NCBI GenBank assembly: GCA_005799365.1
Contig: SYGV01000079.1
Location: 990-64,989 of the forward strand
Source: Nitrospiraceae bacterium
GTDB taxonomy: Bacteria > Nitrospirota > Nitrospiria > Nitrospirales > Nitrospiraceae
Length of the DNA stretch: 64,000 nt
Reading direction: 5' to 3'
Of this stretch, positions 52,637 to 63,835 are shown one piece after another. The position numbers and the translations under genes were made by a program. The notes under the pieces were generated by a model. That model worked only from the letters and a program-made list of their open reading frames with translations. It made no database searches and was not told the origin of the DNA. The stretch's first letter is position 1, and the number at the start of each line of letters is the position of its first letter.

Positions 52637-53854
52637 TGACCTTCCCCCCGAAAATTACACCATTGGCTTGGAAGCTCCGTGGTGCTCTAATGGGCCGAAA
52701 GGAGCCGCCCAATGGTCAGGAAACGACATACCGAGGAACAGATTATTGGGGTGTTGAAAGAGGCCCACGCCGGCCTCCTGGTCCCGGACCTGTGCCGCAA
52801 GCATGGGATCTCGGATGCCACCTTCTATAAGTGGCGAGCGAAATATGGCGGGCTGGAGGTGAGCGACGCGAAGAAGCTGCGCCAACTCGAAGACGAAAAC
52901 CGCCGCTTGAAGCAGATGGTGGCTGATCAGGCGCTCGACATTCAGGCGCTGAAAGCGATCACCGCAAAAAACTGGTAGGGCCCAAGGCGAAGCGAGTGGC
53001 GGCCCAGTGTCTGGCCGCGCGCTTTGGGCTCAGTCAACGACGGGTGTGCCGTCTCGTGGCGCTGGATCGAAATACCTTGCGGTATCGGAGTCGGCGCCCC
53101 GATGATCCCCGGCTGCGCACCCGGATTCGAGAGATTGCCGAGACCAAACGACGATATGGGTGTCCGCGGATCTATGTGCGGCTGCGGCGGGACGGGTGGC
53201 GGGTGAATCACAAGAAGGTCGAACGAATCTATCGGGAAGAAGGGCTCTCCTTACGCCGACGGACGCGGAAGCAGGCGGCGGTCCCGCGCCTCGCGCTGCC
53301 CCGCCCCACGCACCCGGGATGCGGCTATGCCCTCGATTTTGTGCATGACCGGCTGACCGCCGGTCGCCGGTTCAAGTGTTTGACGATGACCGATCCCTGC
53401 TCCAAAGAGGTGCCGGTCATTGAGGTAGACTTCTCGATTGGGGGCCAGCGGGTGTGCCGGATTCTGGACCGGCTCTTTGCCGACCGGCCCTTGCCGGAGT
53501 TCTTGATCCTCGACAACGGCCCCGAATTCGCGGGGACGGCCTTGGATGCCTGGGCCGCGCACCACGGGGTGCAGCTCCACTTCATCCAGCCGGGGAAGCC
53601 GGTGCAGGACGCGTTTATCGAAAGCTTCAACGGGAAATTTCGGGATGAGTGTTTGAACGAGCACTGGCTTCTCACGTTACAGGAAGCCCAGGTCGTGATT
53701 GAGGCCTGGCGACGGGAATATAATGAGGAGCGGACACACAGCACCATCGGGGATGTGACTCCCAATGGAGTTCATCCACAACCAACAAAACCGGTCCCAG
53801 GCAGCATTGGAATCAACCCCTTTGGCCCTGGTGTAACAAAGGGGGGGAAGGTCA
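52637..53854 (+). mobile_element. IS3-family insertion sequence (IS407-like ends), 1218 bp
   Basis: IRL is TGACCTTCCCCCCGAAAATTACACCA (52637-). The complement of IRR reads TGACCTTCCCCCCCTTTGTTACACCA (ends at 53854). It carries two overlapping transposase ORFs. Flanking 4-mers differ (CTGC vs ACGC). Confidence 0.85.
52712..52978 (+). CDS. IS3-family transposase OrfA (HTH)
   Basis: 88 aa with GISDATFYKWRAKYGG and a leucine-zipper-like tail. The slippery A_AAA_AAC (52966-52972) lies just before the stop. Confidence 0.9.
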   Translation: MVRKRHTEEQIIGVLKEAHAGLLVPDLCRKHGISDATFYKWRAKYGGLEVSDAKKLRQLEDENRRLKQMVADQALDIQALKAITAKNW

Positions 53855-53916
53855 ACGCGAGGTGCCACTTAAGAACGGCCATATTCTGTCCAACTAACCG
53901 GGGCCACCCCTACTAA
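52996..53916 (+). pseudogene. IS3-family transposase OrfB (DDE/rve), -1 frame; 3' end apparently frameshifted
   Basis: rve motifs DFVHDRL, LDNGPEF and FNGKFRDECLN. The ORF runs 62 nt beyond the IRR. Removing one G at 53767/53768 restores TPNEF... and a TAA (53834-53836) inside the IRR. Confidence 0.8.
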
Positions 53917-54031
53917 CTCTGGCACACATTCCAGCTAAGCAGAGAAGGGGAAAGTGTGGAAAATGATCGCCAATAGAGGGATTTTATGATGCATCTTAAA
54001 ATGTAGGCAATCGTAACTGATTGAAATAATG

Positions 54032-54107
54032 TGGTGCCGAGGGACAGAATCGAACTGTCGACACCAGCCTTTTCAGGGCTGTGCTCTACCAACTGAGCTA
54101 CCTCGGC
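54032..54107 (-). tRNA. tRNA-Phe (anticodon GAA), CCA encoded
   Basis: Cloverleaf read by hand: acceptor GCCGAGG/CCTCGGC, D stem GCTC/GAGC, anticodon stem CAGCC/GGCTG with loop CUGAAAA, T stem GACAG/CTGTC with loop TTCGATT. Confidence 0.95.
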
Positions 54108-54116
54108 ACGGGCGCC

Positions 54117-54146
54117 ACCATAACAAGCAGCCTTTCTCACTGTCAA
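54117..54146 (-). promoter_or_regulatory. Candidate sigma70 promoter of tRNA-Phe
   Basis: Minus strand: TTGACA (54146-54141), 18-bp spacer, TATGGT (54122-54117), ending 9 nt before the mature 5' end. Confidence 0.5.
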
Positions 54147-54323
54147 GCCGACATCGCGCTCATTTTCGCTAAAATTTCACGTTTTACTCCCTCTTGGAGG
54201 ATGGGGCAGATCGGCGACGGGACCAGTTCCATCACCTTGACGCCCTCCGCAACGACAGAGTATTCTCATGCCACATCAGCCGGCACAACCGTCATCACCG
54301 ACTCAGTAAGGACAGCCCCGTTT

Positions 54324-55667
54324 ATGGACACACAGGCTCCGCTCACGGATGCGTCGGACGCTTCACTTGAATCGGTCTCGCCCGAGGCCCTCGTTCCCGA
54401 AGCTCCGCCCAAGACGAACCAGGAATACATCGAAGACCTGGTGAAGCAGGCCCGCTCCGCCGCCGGGAAGCTGGCCTCGCTGTCGACCACCGTGAAGAAC
54501 CAGGCGCTGCTCGCCATGGCCGACGGCCTCGAAACCAAGACAGACGAGATCCTGGCCGCGAACGAGGAGGACCTGAAGGCTTTCGAGGAAGGCGAGAAGG
54601 GCAAGGCCTTTGCGGACCGCCTGCGGCTCACGCCCGAGCGGATCGCCGAGATGGCCAAGGGCTTGCGGGAGGTGGCCAAGCTGCCCGATCCGGTCGGGGA
54701 ATCGCTCAAGATGTGGCAGCGGCCCAACGGGATGCTGGTCGGCCGCGTGCGCGTGCCCATCGGCGTGATCGGGATCATCTACGAATCGCGCCCCAACGTC
54801 ACCGCCGACTCGGCCGCGCTCTGCCTCAAGTCCGGCAACGTCTGCATCCTGCGGGGCGGGTCGGAAGCGATCCATTCCAACCGCGCCATTGCCGCCGTGC
54901 TGGCGGAGGCGGCGGAAAAGGCCGGGGTGTCGGCGGGAGCCATCTCGCTTGTGGAGCGGACGGACCGGGAGGTGGCGCTGGAGCTGCTCAAGCAGGACCG
55001 ATACGTGGATTTGATCATCCCGCGGGGCGGGGAGTCCTTGATGAAAACCGTCACGGAAGAGTCCCGCATTCCAGTCATCAAGCACGACAAAGGCATCTGC
55101 CATACTTACGTGGATTTGGACGCGGACTTGGCCATGGCCAAAACCATCTGCATCAACGCCAAGGTGCAGCGCCCCTCCACCTGCAACGCGATGGAAGCGC
55201 TGCTGGTCCATGAGAAAGTCGCCAAAGTCTTCCTGCCTGAGTTGGTGAAGGAGCTGAGCGAGGCCGGCGTGGAAGTGCGCGGCTGCGCCAAGACCTGCCA
55301 GATCGCCTCAGAGGCCAAGCCTGCGTCGGAGGAGGACTACGGCCAGGAATTTCTGGCCCTCATTCTCGCCGTCAAGGTGGTCAAGAACATGGACGAAGCG
55401 ATGGAGCACATCGACAGGTACGGCTCCCGCCACACGGAGGCCATCATCACCAACGACTATGGACGGGGCCTGCGCTTCCTCCGCGAGGTGGATGCCAGCG
55501 CCGTCATGATCAACGCCTCGACCAGGCTCAACGACGGCTACCAGTTCGGGCTCGGGGCGGAGATCGGCATCAGCACCACCCGCATCCATGCCCGAGGCCC
55601 GATGGGGCTGGAAGAGCTGACCTGCTCCAAATTCGTCGTGTATGGAAGCGGGCAAGTTCGAGAATGA
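54324..55667 (+). CDS. proA: Gamma-glutamyl phosphate reductase
   Basis: Motifs GVIGIIYESRPNVT, LRGGSEA and STCNAMEALLVH. ATG 54324 is chosen because the longer ORF overlaps the tRNA. Confidence 0.9.
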   Translation: MDTQAPLTDASDASLESVSPEALVPEAPPKTNQEYIEDLVKQARSAAGKLASLSTTVKNQALLAMADGLETKTDEILAANEEDLKAFEEGEKGKAFADRLRLTPERIAEMAKGLREVAKLPDPVGESLKMWQRPNGMLVGRVRVPIGVIGIIYESRPNVTADSAALCLKSGNVCILRGGSEAIHSNRAIAAVLAEAAEKAGVSAGAISLVERTDREVALELLKQDRYVDLIIPRGGESLMKTVTEESRIPVIKHDKGICHTYVDLDADLAMAKTICINAKVQRPSTCNAMEALLVHEKVAKVFLPELVKELSEAGVEVRGCAKTCQIASEAKPASEEDYGQEFLALILAVKVVKNMDEAMEHIDRYGSRHTEAIITNDYGRGLRFLREVDASAVMINASTRLNDGYQFGLGAEIGISTTRIHARGPMGLEELTCSKFVVYGSGQVRE

Positions 55668-55695
55668 GGACCTACTGAAAACGCCCGCCAACTTT

Positions 55696-55752
55696 GTTCT
55701 CAGTCGCTCGACCCCCTCAACGTACGTTCTCAGTACGCCTCGGGGTTCTCGC
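55696..55752. repeat. Direct word repeats GTTCTCAGT x2 plus GGTTCTCGC
   Basis: GTTCTCAGT occurs at 55696-55704 and 55726-55734, and GGTTCTCGC at 55744-55752. The words are shared with the elements at 7101 and 44388. Confidence 0.5.
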
Positions 55753-55799
55753 ATCCTTGCGGCCCTGTTGGCTGACCGTTTTGAGCAGTCCTCGTCAGA

Positions 55800-57602
55800 T
55801 TGAGAGGACCGTCAGTGGACCCTTCCGTTCTCTCTATCCTGACCCAACCAGGCAGCCTGAGCTTTCCTTCCAATCTCCCCTTCGCGAAGAACTTTGCGTC
55901 CGTTGGCGGCCAAGTTGTCCGCCAACCCAGCGGGCATCTGATCTTTTACGGACCGGACCGGCGACGCTTTCTCGCCACCGATCCAGAGGGCCACCCCCTG
56001 CACGAATGCGAATGGGGTCCGGCCCCCGGTGGCCGGACCTCGCTCCTCCGCGCCCGCCTGTGCCTGGACTGGAGCCAATGGGTGGGACTCAAGCCGGGCG
56101 GCCTCGTCAACTCGACCCAACTGGACCTGTCCAAAAAACCGGGGTGGCAGCGGTTGCGCGCCGACGACCTCCGGCAGATGGCGGCCCAGGCGATGCACGT
56201 TCCCTTCGAGGAAGTCAAATTCTTCTACGGCGACGAGGATCTAGTCATCGATGCGCGCGGGCAGGCCACTATCCGGCACAAGAAGGATTCCTTTTACGTT
56301 CTCACCGACAGGACCTTCGCTCAGGCCCGGTTCATGGCCTGCATGGGCGCGATGCATTGGAGCCGGATCGACTTCCTGCCGGTCGTGGAACTGTTCCAGT
56401 CGCTTCTGCCTGGCACCGGCTCGGCCGCCTTCGAGCTGATCCGGGGGCTCTATGACGACCAGAATGAAGGCCAGGCTCAGCCGCTGCCGCTCCGGTATCG
56501 CGGCATCCCGACCTATCCGTCCGACGCGGCCTACCGGTTGTTCAGCGCGTTTTTCACCCCGCACCTTCCCCGTGGCGGCGATCCGCTGCCGATCTTCATG
56601 GATCAGTCGCGTTCGCATGAAGTCCTGTGGCTGCCTGCGGCCGATCCGCCGCGGCGCTATTTCGAACAGGCACACCGGCTCTGCCTCACCATCAAAGGAG
56701 AGGCGGTCCAGAAAGTCACCACGGCCGACGATCCGACCGGGCTGCCCTTCGTGAAGCCGGCCCCGAACGGGTTTGCTCCCTGCGAGCGCCACGTCACGGT
56801 CACGGGGGGAGCCCTGTTGCTTCACGACAGCCATGAGACGGCGGGCATTCCGCTCAGCCCGGCATGGGGCAGGATCGAGGAGACGGCGCGCTCATCCGAC
56901 GGAGCCACGCCGGCAGGGAAGGGATGGCGGTCGCTGTTCGGCGGGCACCCGCTATCCGTCGAGCCGGCCCAGGCCTTTTCGGCGGTCCTGATCTATCCGG
57001 ACGACGACCGGGAGATCGGCGAACTCGAAAGCCAGCCCTTCGTCGCCGATTACCTGCAGGACATGATCGAACAAGTGCCTGAATTATCGTCGCGCGTCGG
57101 CCGCAGCGCGACCGTGTTGATCGACGGATTCGATGCGGCCATCACCACCTGCCTCAGACCGGATGGCCTTCGCAACCACACGATCCTCTACACCCATCGG
57201 GCCTTTGCTCAAAAACAGGCCCAAATCCTCTGGAACCAACTGGCGCAGACCAACCATCTGGACCAACTCCCGCGCTTCACATTTCTTCCGGCGGCCAGCC
57301 ATAGCGAGTCCGTCTACCGGCAGCCGCATGATGTGCTCTTCGCCTGGACTCCCTTTCAGGACTCAGCCAGACCGGAAGCGCTCCAGCTGGCCTGCCGCCG
57401 GACAGCGGCAGCCTTGCGCCTAGGCGGCCTCGCTTTTCTGGTCGGGCCAGGCGCTGCGCAGCCCCACCTGGCCTCCTCGGGCCTGACCGTCCTTCAGCAG
57501 ACCCCGGTGGAACAACTGCCGACCTTCGCCATGCACCGTACGATCCTGCCGACAGCCCGCCTTAAGCCAGACCTGATGCTGTGTCTCGCAACCAAGCGCT
57601 AA
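55800..57602 (+). CDS. Large hypothetical protein (about 600 aa), no recognisable family
   Basis: Long ORF with balanced composition. The start is uncertain (TTG 55800 or GTG 55815). The C-terminal ~110 aa (HDVLFAWTPFQD...ALRLGGLAFLVGP) faintly resemble the end of a class I methyltransferase fold. Confidence 0.65.
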   Translation: MRGPSVDPSVLSILTQPGSLSFPSNLPFAKNFASVGGQVVRQPSGHLIFYGPDRRRFLATDPEGHPLHECEWGPAPGGRTSLLRARLCLDWSQWVGLKPGGLVNSTQLDLSKKPGWQRLRADDLRQMAAQAMHVPFEEVKFFYGDEDLVIDARGQATIRHKKDSFYVLTDRTFAQARFMACMGAMHWSRIDFLPVVELFQSLLPGTGSAAFELIRGLYDDQNEGQAQPLPLRYRGIPTYPSDAAYRLFSAFFTPHLPRGGDPLPIFMDQSRSHEVLWLPAADPPRRYFEQAHRLCLTIKGEAVQKVTTADDPTGLPFVKPAPNGFAPCERHVTVTGGALLLHDSHETAGIPLSPAWGRIEETARSSDGATPAGKGWRSLFGGHPLSVEPAQAFSAVLIYPDDDREIGELESQPFVADYLQDMIEQVPELSSRVGRSATVLIDGFDAAITTCLRPDGLRNHTILYTHRAFAQKQAQILWNQLAQTNHLDQLPRFTFLPAASHSESVYRQPHDVLFAWTPFQDSARPEALQLACRRTAAALRLGGLAFLVGPGAAQPHLASSGLTVLQQTPVEQLPTFAMHRTILPTARLKPDLMLCLATKR

Positions 57603-57882
57603 CCGCCGGCGCACCATTCCGGCCCCCTTGAACCGTCCCGCTGCCCCGCTTCGTACTCAATCGCCTCGGCCGCCCTGCACGCGGCGAATGCAGCGGAAGA
57701 AGCCCAAGCCATGGACATGGGGGAGCCTGTCCACCTCATGGGCCTCGACTATCTCGCCGGTTGCGGCCTCGCCGACCAGCGCCAGCTCCGGCAGGCCCTC
57801 TGTCGCGGCGAGAGTGCGAGCAGAGCAGGGCATTGAGCCATCGCCTGTCCCGCTCCGATCTCCGTCGCACGCAAGTCGGTTC

Positions 57883-57912
57883 TTGACACTCCCGTATCCA
57901 ACCCCGTACAAT
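57883..57912 (+). promoter_or_regulatory. Candidate sigma70 promoter of the pyr operon
   Basis: TTGACA (57883-57888), 18-bp spacer, TACAAT (57907-57912). Confidence 0.55.
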
Positions 57913-57920
57913 GTGCTGCC

Positions 57921-59604
<1,684 letters not shown>

Positions 59605-59611
59605 TGGGCAA

Positions 59612-59725
59612 GAGTCGAAAAGTCAAAAAGTCGAAAAGGCCTTCAAGTCGCACGCTTAACATTTGGCATCCTGACTGTACGATCGGCCAACTTTCGAGAC
59701 TTTTCAACTTGATAGACTTTCGGAC
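59612..59725. repeat. Stutter-word inverted repeat (GAGTCGAAAAGTCAAAAAGTCGAAAAGG ... CTTTCGAGACTTTTCAACTTGATAGACTTTCGGAC)
   Basis: It occupies the pyrB-pyrC spacer and uses the same AAAGTC/GACTTT words as the element at 58049. Confidence 0.7.
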
Positions 59726-59737
59726 GGAGCATAACCA

Positions 59738-61027
59738 ATGACTATTCTGATCACAGGCGGACGGGTCATCGATCCGGGCCGGCTCGACGGCCCGGCTGAG
59801 GTCCTGATCGAAAACGGCAAGGTCGCCGCCGTCGGCCAGAACCTCCTGGCCGCCGCCAGCCGGGACAAGGGCTCCGTCACCGTCGTGGACGCAACCGGCA
59901 AGCTCGTCCTGCCCGGCTTCGTGGACCTCCACGTCCACTTCCGAGAGCCGGGCTTCGAGTACAAGGAGACGATCGCCACCGGCGGTGCCTCGGCCGTGGC
60001 CGGGGGCTTCACATCGGTCTGCTGCATGCCCAACACCAATCCCGTCAACGACAGCCAGTCCGTCACGGAATTCATGTTGGAAAAGGCCCGCGCCGCCGGC
60101 AATTGTTCCGTTTTCCCCGTCGGCGCCATTACCAAAGGTTCGGAAGGGAAAGAACTGGCGGAGATCGGGGACTTGCGGCGCGCCGGCTGCGTGGCGATTT
60201 CGGACGACGGACGGCCGGTGATGAACAGCATGGTCATGCGGCGGGCCATGGAGTACGCGCTGGCTTTCGACATGCCCGTGATCGACCATTGCGAAGACCT
60301 GCACCTCTCCGAAGGCGGCTGCATGAACGAAGGGCTGGTGTCCACGGAGTTGGGCCTCGCCGGCATCCCCGCCGCTGCGGAGGACGTCATGGTCGCCCGC
60401 AACATTGCGCTGGCCGAACTGACCGGCGCCCGGCTGCACCTGGCCCACGTCAGCACGGCCGGGTCAGTGCGGATGGTGCGCGAAGCCAAGGCTCGGGGCA
60501 TCCGCGTCACAGCCGAGGCCTGCCCGCACCATTTTTCCCTGACCGAGGAGGCCGTCCGGGGTTTCAACACCCTGGCCAAGATGAACCCGCCACTCCGCGC
60601 CTGGCAGGACGTGCAGGCCATCAAGGAGGGACTGGCGGACGGAACCATCGACGTGATCGCCACGGACCATGCGCCCCATGCGGGCCAGGACAAGCAGCGC
60701 GAGTTCTCGGATGCGCCCTTCGGCATCGTCGGCCTGGAGACCGCGCTTCCGCTCACCCTGGCCCTGGTGGAGGAAGGCGTCCTCACGTTGGCGCAGGCCG
60801 TTGCCAAGCTGACGTCGGAGCCGGCCAAGGCCTTCAGCCTCGCCAAAGGCAGCCTAGCTCCCGGCGCGGATGCGGACCTGGTGATCGTAGACCAGCAGCA
60901 GGGCTGGGAAGTAGACCCGTCCCGGTTCCGTTCCAAGAGCAAGAACACGCCCTTTGCCGGCTGGAAAGTCAAAGGCCTCGTGCTCCGGACCTTCGTGGCC
61001 GGACGGGTGGTCTACGAGTCAGCCTGA
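59738..61027 (+). CDS. pyrC: Dihydroorotase
   Basis: Motifs PGFVDLHVHFREPG, DHAPH and an amidohydrolase fold. 429 aa. Confidence 0.9.
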   Translation: MTILITGGRVIDPGRLDGPAEVLIENGKVAAVGQNLLAAASRDKGSVTVVDATGKLVLPGFVDLHVHFREPGFEYKETIATGGASAVAGGFTSVCCMPNTNPVNDSQSVTEFMLEKARAAGNCSVFPVGAITKGSEGKELAEIGDLRRAGCVAISDDGRPVMNSMVMRRAMEYALAFDMPVIDHCEDLHLSEGGCMNEGLVSTELGLAGIPAAAEDVMVARNIALAELTGARLHLAHVSTAGSVRMVREAKARGIRVTAEACPHHFSLTEEAVRGFNTLAKMNPPLRAWQDVQAIKEGLADGTIDVIATDHAPHAGQDKQREFSDAPFGIVGLETALPLTLALVEEGVLTLAQAVAKLTSEPAKAFSLAKGSLAPGADADLVIVDQQQGWEVDPSRFRSKSKNTPFAGWKVKGLVLRTFVAGRVVYESA

Positions 61028-61029
61028 GC

Positions 61030-61563
61030 ATGCTCAATCGCGGCGGCCAGCGGGTGTTGATCGTCTGCCACACGCTGGAGCTGGTCGCGCTGGCGGTCTG
61101 GGTTGGGGGACTGGTCGTGATCATCGGCGCGGTCATTCCGGCCGTCTTCAACTCCTTCGGGATGGAGCCGGGCGGGCGCTTCCTCACCAGGGTCTTCGAC
61201 GGGTATAATCGGCTGACCCTCGCCGCCATCGTGATCCTGGCCGGCACGACCGGCTGGCGGGTCCGGCAGAGCCGTGAAGGCGGGAACTCGACGCAGGCGG
61301 GGAGTCGGATGAGCCGAACGGAGGGCATGCTCTTGAGTCTGATGATCGCCATGGCCGCGCTCATTATCCTGGTGCTGGGGCCGATGTCCGTCACGCTCCA
61401 GGAACAGGCCTTTGCGGCGCAGGGGGAGGCGGCCAAGAAAGAAGCCTACGACGCCTTCTTTCGGACGCATATGATTGTCCGCGCCTTGTACGTGGTGAAT
61501 CTTGGGTTTGGCATCGCGTTGCTGACGGTAAAGGCGAACACTAAGTTGAGAGTGGAGAATTGA
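61030..61563 (+). CDS. Four-TM membrane protein (DUF4149/TMEM205-like?) embedded in the pyr operon
   Basis: ATG 61030 lies 2 nt after the pyrC stop. 177 aa with 4 hydrophobic helices. The family assignment is a guess. Confidence 0.6.
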   Translation: MLNRGGQRVLIVCHTLELVALAVWVGGLVVIIGAVIPAVFNSFGMEPGGRFLTRVFDGYNRLTLAAIVILAGTTGWRVRQSREGGNSTQAGSRMSRTEGMLLSLMIAMAALIILVLGPMSVTLQEQAFAAQGEAAKKEAYDAFFRTHMIVRALYVVNLGFGIALLTVKANTKLRVEN

Positions 61564-61624
61564 AAACTAAACTCTCAATTGTCCATTCTCAACTCTAAAT
61601 TAGTCACAGGCTGAACGGTAGACG

Positions 61625-62812
61625 ATGAAAAAGGCAATTCTGGCATTGGCGGATGGGACGGTCTTCGAGGGCCGTGCGCTCGGCTTTGCTGGTGAAACCG
61701 TCGGCGAGTTGGTGTTCAATACGTCCATGACCGGGTATCAGGAAATCCTGACCGATCCTTCCTACAAAGGCCAGATCGTCACCATGACCTGCCCTCATAT
61801 CGGCAATTACGGAGTGAATCAATCGGACGTCGAGTCCCGCCGCATCTGGGCCGACGGATTCGTGGTCAAAGAGTCCAGCCGCAAGCCGAGCAACTGGCGC
61901 GCCGAGCTGGCCCTAAACGAGTACCTGACAGAATCGCGCATCGTCGGCATCGAGGGGCTGGACACCAGAGCCCTCACCCGGCACTTGCGGGACCGGGGCT
62001 GCCAGCAAGCCGTCATCTCGCACGTGGATCTCGACCCCAAGCGGGCGACCGAAAAGGCGCGGACCGCTCCCTGCATCGTGGGCCGGGACCTGGCCGCCAC
62101 CGTGACCTGCGCCGCACCCTACGAATGGACGGAAGGTTCCGGCGCCTGGCCGCCGGAGGCCTCGACGAACGGCGATCATGGCTGGCCAGGCCGGGCAGGG
62201 CAGCGGCCCTTCCGGGTGGTCGTCTATGACTTCGGCGTCAAGCAGAACATTCTTCGCCGGCTCGTGGACATCGGCTGTGCCGTCACCGTCGTGCCGGCCT
62301 CGACCAAGGCCGAGGCCGTGAAGGCGATGCATCCCGACGGGATCATGTTCTCCAACGGGCCCGGCGATCCTGAGGCCGTGCCCTATGCGGCGGAATCGCT
62401 CCGGCAGTTGATCGGCTGGCGCCCGCTCTTGTGCATCTGCCTGGGCCACCAGATTCTTGGGCTGGCGTTGGGGCTCAAGACCTACAAGTTGACCTTCGGC
62501 CACCACGCCGGCAACCACCCAGTGATGGACCTGCGCACCAGGAAAGTCGAGATCACCGCCCAAAACCACAACTTCGCGGTGCAACTGCCCCGGCCCTTCG
62601 ATCCGGCCAAGCCCGAAGCCACGGTGGACACGAAGTTCGGACGGGTGACCGTCAGCCACCTCAGCCTGAACGACGGCTCGGTCGAGGGACTGGCCTGCCT
62701 GGACCATCCGGTCCTGTCGCTGCAGTATCATCCGGAAGCCTCGCCCGGGCCGCACGACTCGGCCTATTTATTCCGCCAATTTGCCCAGATGATGGAGACG
62801 CACCATGCCTGA
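61625..62812 (+). CDS. carA: Carbamoyl-phosphate synthase small (glutaminase) subunit
   Basis: Motifs [15 protein letters not shown], the catalytic CLGHQ and HPE. Confidence 0.95.
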   Translation: MKKAILALADGTVFEGRALGFAGETVGELVFNTSMTGYQEILTDPSYKGQIVTMTCPHIGNYGVNQSDVESRRIWADGFVVKESSRKPSNWRAELALNEYLTESRIVGIEGLDTRALTRHLRDRGCQQAVISHVDLDPKRATEKARTAPCIVGRDLAATVTCAAPYEWTEGSGAWPPEASTNGDHGWPGRAGQRPFRVVVYDFGVKQNILRRLVDIGCAVTVVPASTKAEAVKAMHPDGIMFSNGPGDPEAVPYAAESLRQLIGWRPLLCICLGHQILGLALGLKTYKLTFGHHAGNHPVMDLRTRKVEITAQNHNFAVQLPRPFDPAKPEATVDTKFGRVTVSHLSLNDGSVEGLACLDHPVLSLQYHPEASPGPHDSAYLFRQFAQMMETHHA

Positions 62813-63794
62813 GGGAATCACAAACGGTCGCGCCGGAGCGGCGCCCGGCCTGGCCATCGCCGCGGCCCTGCTGTTGCTGTCGGGCTGCATCACGATCAAC
62901 CTGCTCCCCGGAACCGGACCGCTGAAGGAAGAAGAGGTGGGCGGGAGCGGCAAAGCCAAGGTGCTCCTCATCGAACTCTCCGGCCTGATCAGCGCTCAGG
63001 ATAGCGACGGGCTCGTGGAGCAGCCCAACCTGGTCGCCCGCCTGAAGGAAGAACTGACTCACGCGAGCGAGGATCCGGCGGTCAGCGCCATCGTGCTGCG
63101 CATCAACAGCCCGGGCGGCACCGTCACGGCGTCGGACATCATGTACCATGAGCTGAAAGTCTTCCGCGAGAAACGCAAGGTCCCAATCATCGCCTCGATC
63201 ATGGACATCGGCGCTTCGGGGGGCTACTACGTGGCAGCGGCGGCGGACAAGATCCTGGTCCATCCCTCGACCGTCACCGGGAGTATCGGCGTGATCATGC
63301 TTACCATGGACGCCCACGGACTGCTGGACAAGATCGGCCTGGAAGCCAGGGCCGTGACGTCCGGCCCGAAAAAAGACATGGGCTCTCCCTTCAGGGCCAT
63401 GACGGCCGACGAGCGGGCGATCTTCCAGTCGGTAATCGATTCCTTCTACGAACGGTTCCTGAGCGTCGTGAAGGAAGGCCGGCCGAACCTGTCCGCCGAG
63501 CATATCCGCAAGCTGGCCGACGGGCGCATCTACTCGGGGGAACAGGCCAAAGCGCTCGGGCTTGTCGACGGCATCGGCTATCTGGATGACGCTGTGGATC
63601 TGGCCAAGCAGCAAGCCGGCGTGGCCGAGGCGAAAGTGGTGGTGTACCGCCGGGCCGGCGAATACCGCCCCAACATCTACGCGAAATTCATGGGGACAAG
63701 CGGGAGCGCCGGCTGGGGCCCCCTGTCGAGCTTCGATCTGATGGGACTGGTGCGCGGCGGCGCCCCCCAGTTCATGTATCTCTGGATGCCGTGA
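62805..63794 (+). CDS. sppA: Signal peptide peptidase SppA (36K type, S49 family)
   Basis: Lipobox/anchor [18 protein letters not shown] and the catalytic region [13 protein letters not shown]. Overlaps carA by 8 nt. Confidence 0.85.
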   Translation: MPEGITNGRAGAAPGLAIAAALLLLSGCITINLLPGTGPLKEEEVGGSGKAKVLLIELSGLISAQDSDGLVEQPNLVARLKEELTHASEDPAVSAIVLRINSPGGTVTASDIMYHELKVFREKRKVPIIASIMDIGASGGYYVAAAADKILVHPSTVTGSIGVIMLTMDAHGLLDKIGLEARAVTSGPKKDMGSPFRAMTADERAIFQSVIDSFYERFLSVVKEGRPNLSAEHIRKLADGRIYSGEQAKALGLVDGIGYLDDAVDLAKQQAGVAEAKVVVYRRAGEYRPNIYAKFMGTSGSAGWGPLSSFDLMGLVRGGAPQFMYLWMP

Positions 63795-63805
63795 CGGCCC
63801 GACAA

Positions 63806-63835
63806 CGTTGAACGCCGAATGATGAACGCGGAACG
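63806..63835. repeat. Partial GAACG/GATGAA word element
   Basis: AACGTTGAACGCCGAATGATGAACGCGGAACG contains GAACG three times. No clear opposite arm is seen before the window end. Confidence 0.35.

Noticed and set aside
53913-54146. A 77-aa minus-strand ORF, and the 5' 240 nt of the 528-aa plus-strand ORF (54081..55667), both overlapping tRNA-Phe.
   Set aside because: The region folds into a perfect tRNA-Phe cloverleaf. AQLVEHSPEKAGVDSSILS is the usual translation artefact of a tRNA. proA is started at ATG 54324 instead.
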